From the NCBI RefSeq assembly GCF_004010195.1, contig NC_057717.1, positions 102,855,676 through 102,919,675 on the forward strand: a stretch of DNA of 64,000 nucleotides, given 5' to 3'. A model generated the notes under the pieces. The model worked only from the letters and a program-made list of their open reading frames with translations. It ran no database searches and was not told the origin of the DNA. The first letter of the stretch is position 1. Every line of letters starts with the position of its first letter. The position numbers were made by a program, and so were the translations under genes. This DNA comes from Chiloscyllium plagiosum (taxonomy: Eukaryota). This document shows positions 62,681 through 64,000 of this stretch, piece after piece.

Positions 62681-63659
62681 GATTCCTGAAATCCTGGAAC
62701 TGACTGCCATCGCTGGTGTGGCACCATCTTTGAAAGGCTGTTGTGCATTTGACAAGCACCACACATCTGGGGCTGACCTATGTGGTCTCTGACATTTCTC
62801 CCAAGTACGGCAGGCAATCCAGGGAGCCAAGCATACTTTTAGGACAATTAGCAAAAGTTTTGAGATCACTGTCACTGAGACATACTTTATCTTCTAGATT
62901 TACTCATTAACTTTAAATTCTGCCGTGGTGGGATTTGAACTCCTGACCACGGCGCATTCACCCTGTATTATTGTCTCTGTGAGCTCATTACGGCAGTTAA
63001 AATCTCCCAATCTGAGAATGAGCTGGCAAATTGATGGAGAGGGAACATTTGGAACACACAGGAATGCAAAAGACTGACAATCCAGGGGCAGCAATACTGT
63101 GCAGTGAAACACAGCTGACACTACAGCAAAGCAGAAGCCAAACCTCAAATAATGAAAGCTAAAAGATGCTTTGGTTTATAGCCTTAAATCTTTTAAATGC
63201 AAAGCTGGAAATTAATTGTGGTCTAGAGAACGTTAAGATAGATTTCATTACAATGGAATTAATGTAGCTGAAAAATTATATTAGAACCTCAATGAGGAGG
63301 GGAACCAGCTTCTTAATAGAAATGTTCAATATTGTGAAGAATTTTAATCGGGTCAAGGTATTAAATAAAACTATTTCTACTGGTTGCTAAATCAGTAACC
63401 AGATTGTAAGATTGCTGCAGTGATGAAGGGAAGGATTCGGAGACTCCCTTTTCATTTCTTTAATTTCTTTATTTGTTGTCAGGTGTATTTTGTGACAAAA
63501 TACAGTGAAAAGTGTTGTATAGTGTCACCACTCTCCGGCGCCATCTTAAGACACAGAAAAATAAACCAAAATATGGAATACAAAGGCAGAAAAGTATCGA
63601 AATTCTAAAGTGTTGAGCTTTACAGTACTACTTGGTAAGTGCTCCATCATGGATCCATT

Positions 63660-64000
63660 AGACTGTAAGATATAGGAGTGGAGGTAAGGCCATTTGGCCC
63701 ATCGAGTCCACTCTGCCATTTAATCATGGCTGATGGAATTTCAACTCCACTTACCCGCACTCTCACAGCAGCTCTTAATTCCTTGCGAGATCAAGAATTT
63801 ATCAATCTCTGCCTTGAAGACATTTAACATCCCGGCCCCCACTGCGCTCCGTGACAATGAATTCCACAGGCCCACCACTCTCTGGCTGAAGAAATGTTTC
63901 CTCATTTCCGTTCTAAATTGACCCCCTCTAATTCTAAGGCTGTGCCCATGGGTCCTAGTCTCCCTGCCTAACGTAAACAAATTCTCAATGTCCACCCTTT
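63660..64000 (-). mobile_element. CR1 3' end running off the window
   Basis: TRTHGHSL.IRG..F.TEMRKHFFSQRVVGLWNSL. Confidence 0.9.

Noticed and set aside
43000..64000. A downstream neighbouring gene
   Set aside because: No recognisable exon, CpG island or non-transposon protein motif; short exons cannot be excluded.

Overview
Eukaryotic, repeat-rich vertebrate DNA. The HE1-type SINEs and CR1-type LINEs point to a shark or other elasmobranch (inference). The only protein-coding gene I can support is the 3' end of a clade-B fibrillar collagen on the + strand, most likely col5a3: 15 GT-AG exons between 471 and 34205, totalling 1443 nt (480 aa plus stop). They encode the end of the Gly-X-Y helix and a complete C-propeptide with 8 Cys. 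A cluster of miR-29 seed matches and a poly(A)-like end suggest an ~8.8 kb 3'UTR reaching ~42970. The rest is CR1 and Rex/Babar LINE fragments, three tRNA-derived SINE families, probable solo LTRs, a Tigger-like MITE, mini- and microsatellites and one N gap. The most striking non-coding signal is about 20 minimal hammerhead-ribozyme motifs (CUGANGA-stem II-GAAA with a palindromic stem III) in 4-5 sequence families. They are carried by Penelope-like (GIY-YIG) retroelement ends. Several form small non-coding fold-back insertions with a 30-39 nt tail and 12-15 bp target-site duplications, and two intact sense copies lie in one collagen intron. Almost all ORFs in the supplied track are repeat or transposon artefacts. 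Repeat boundaries are approximate.
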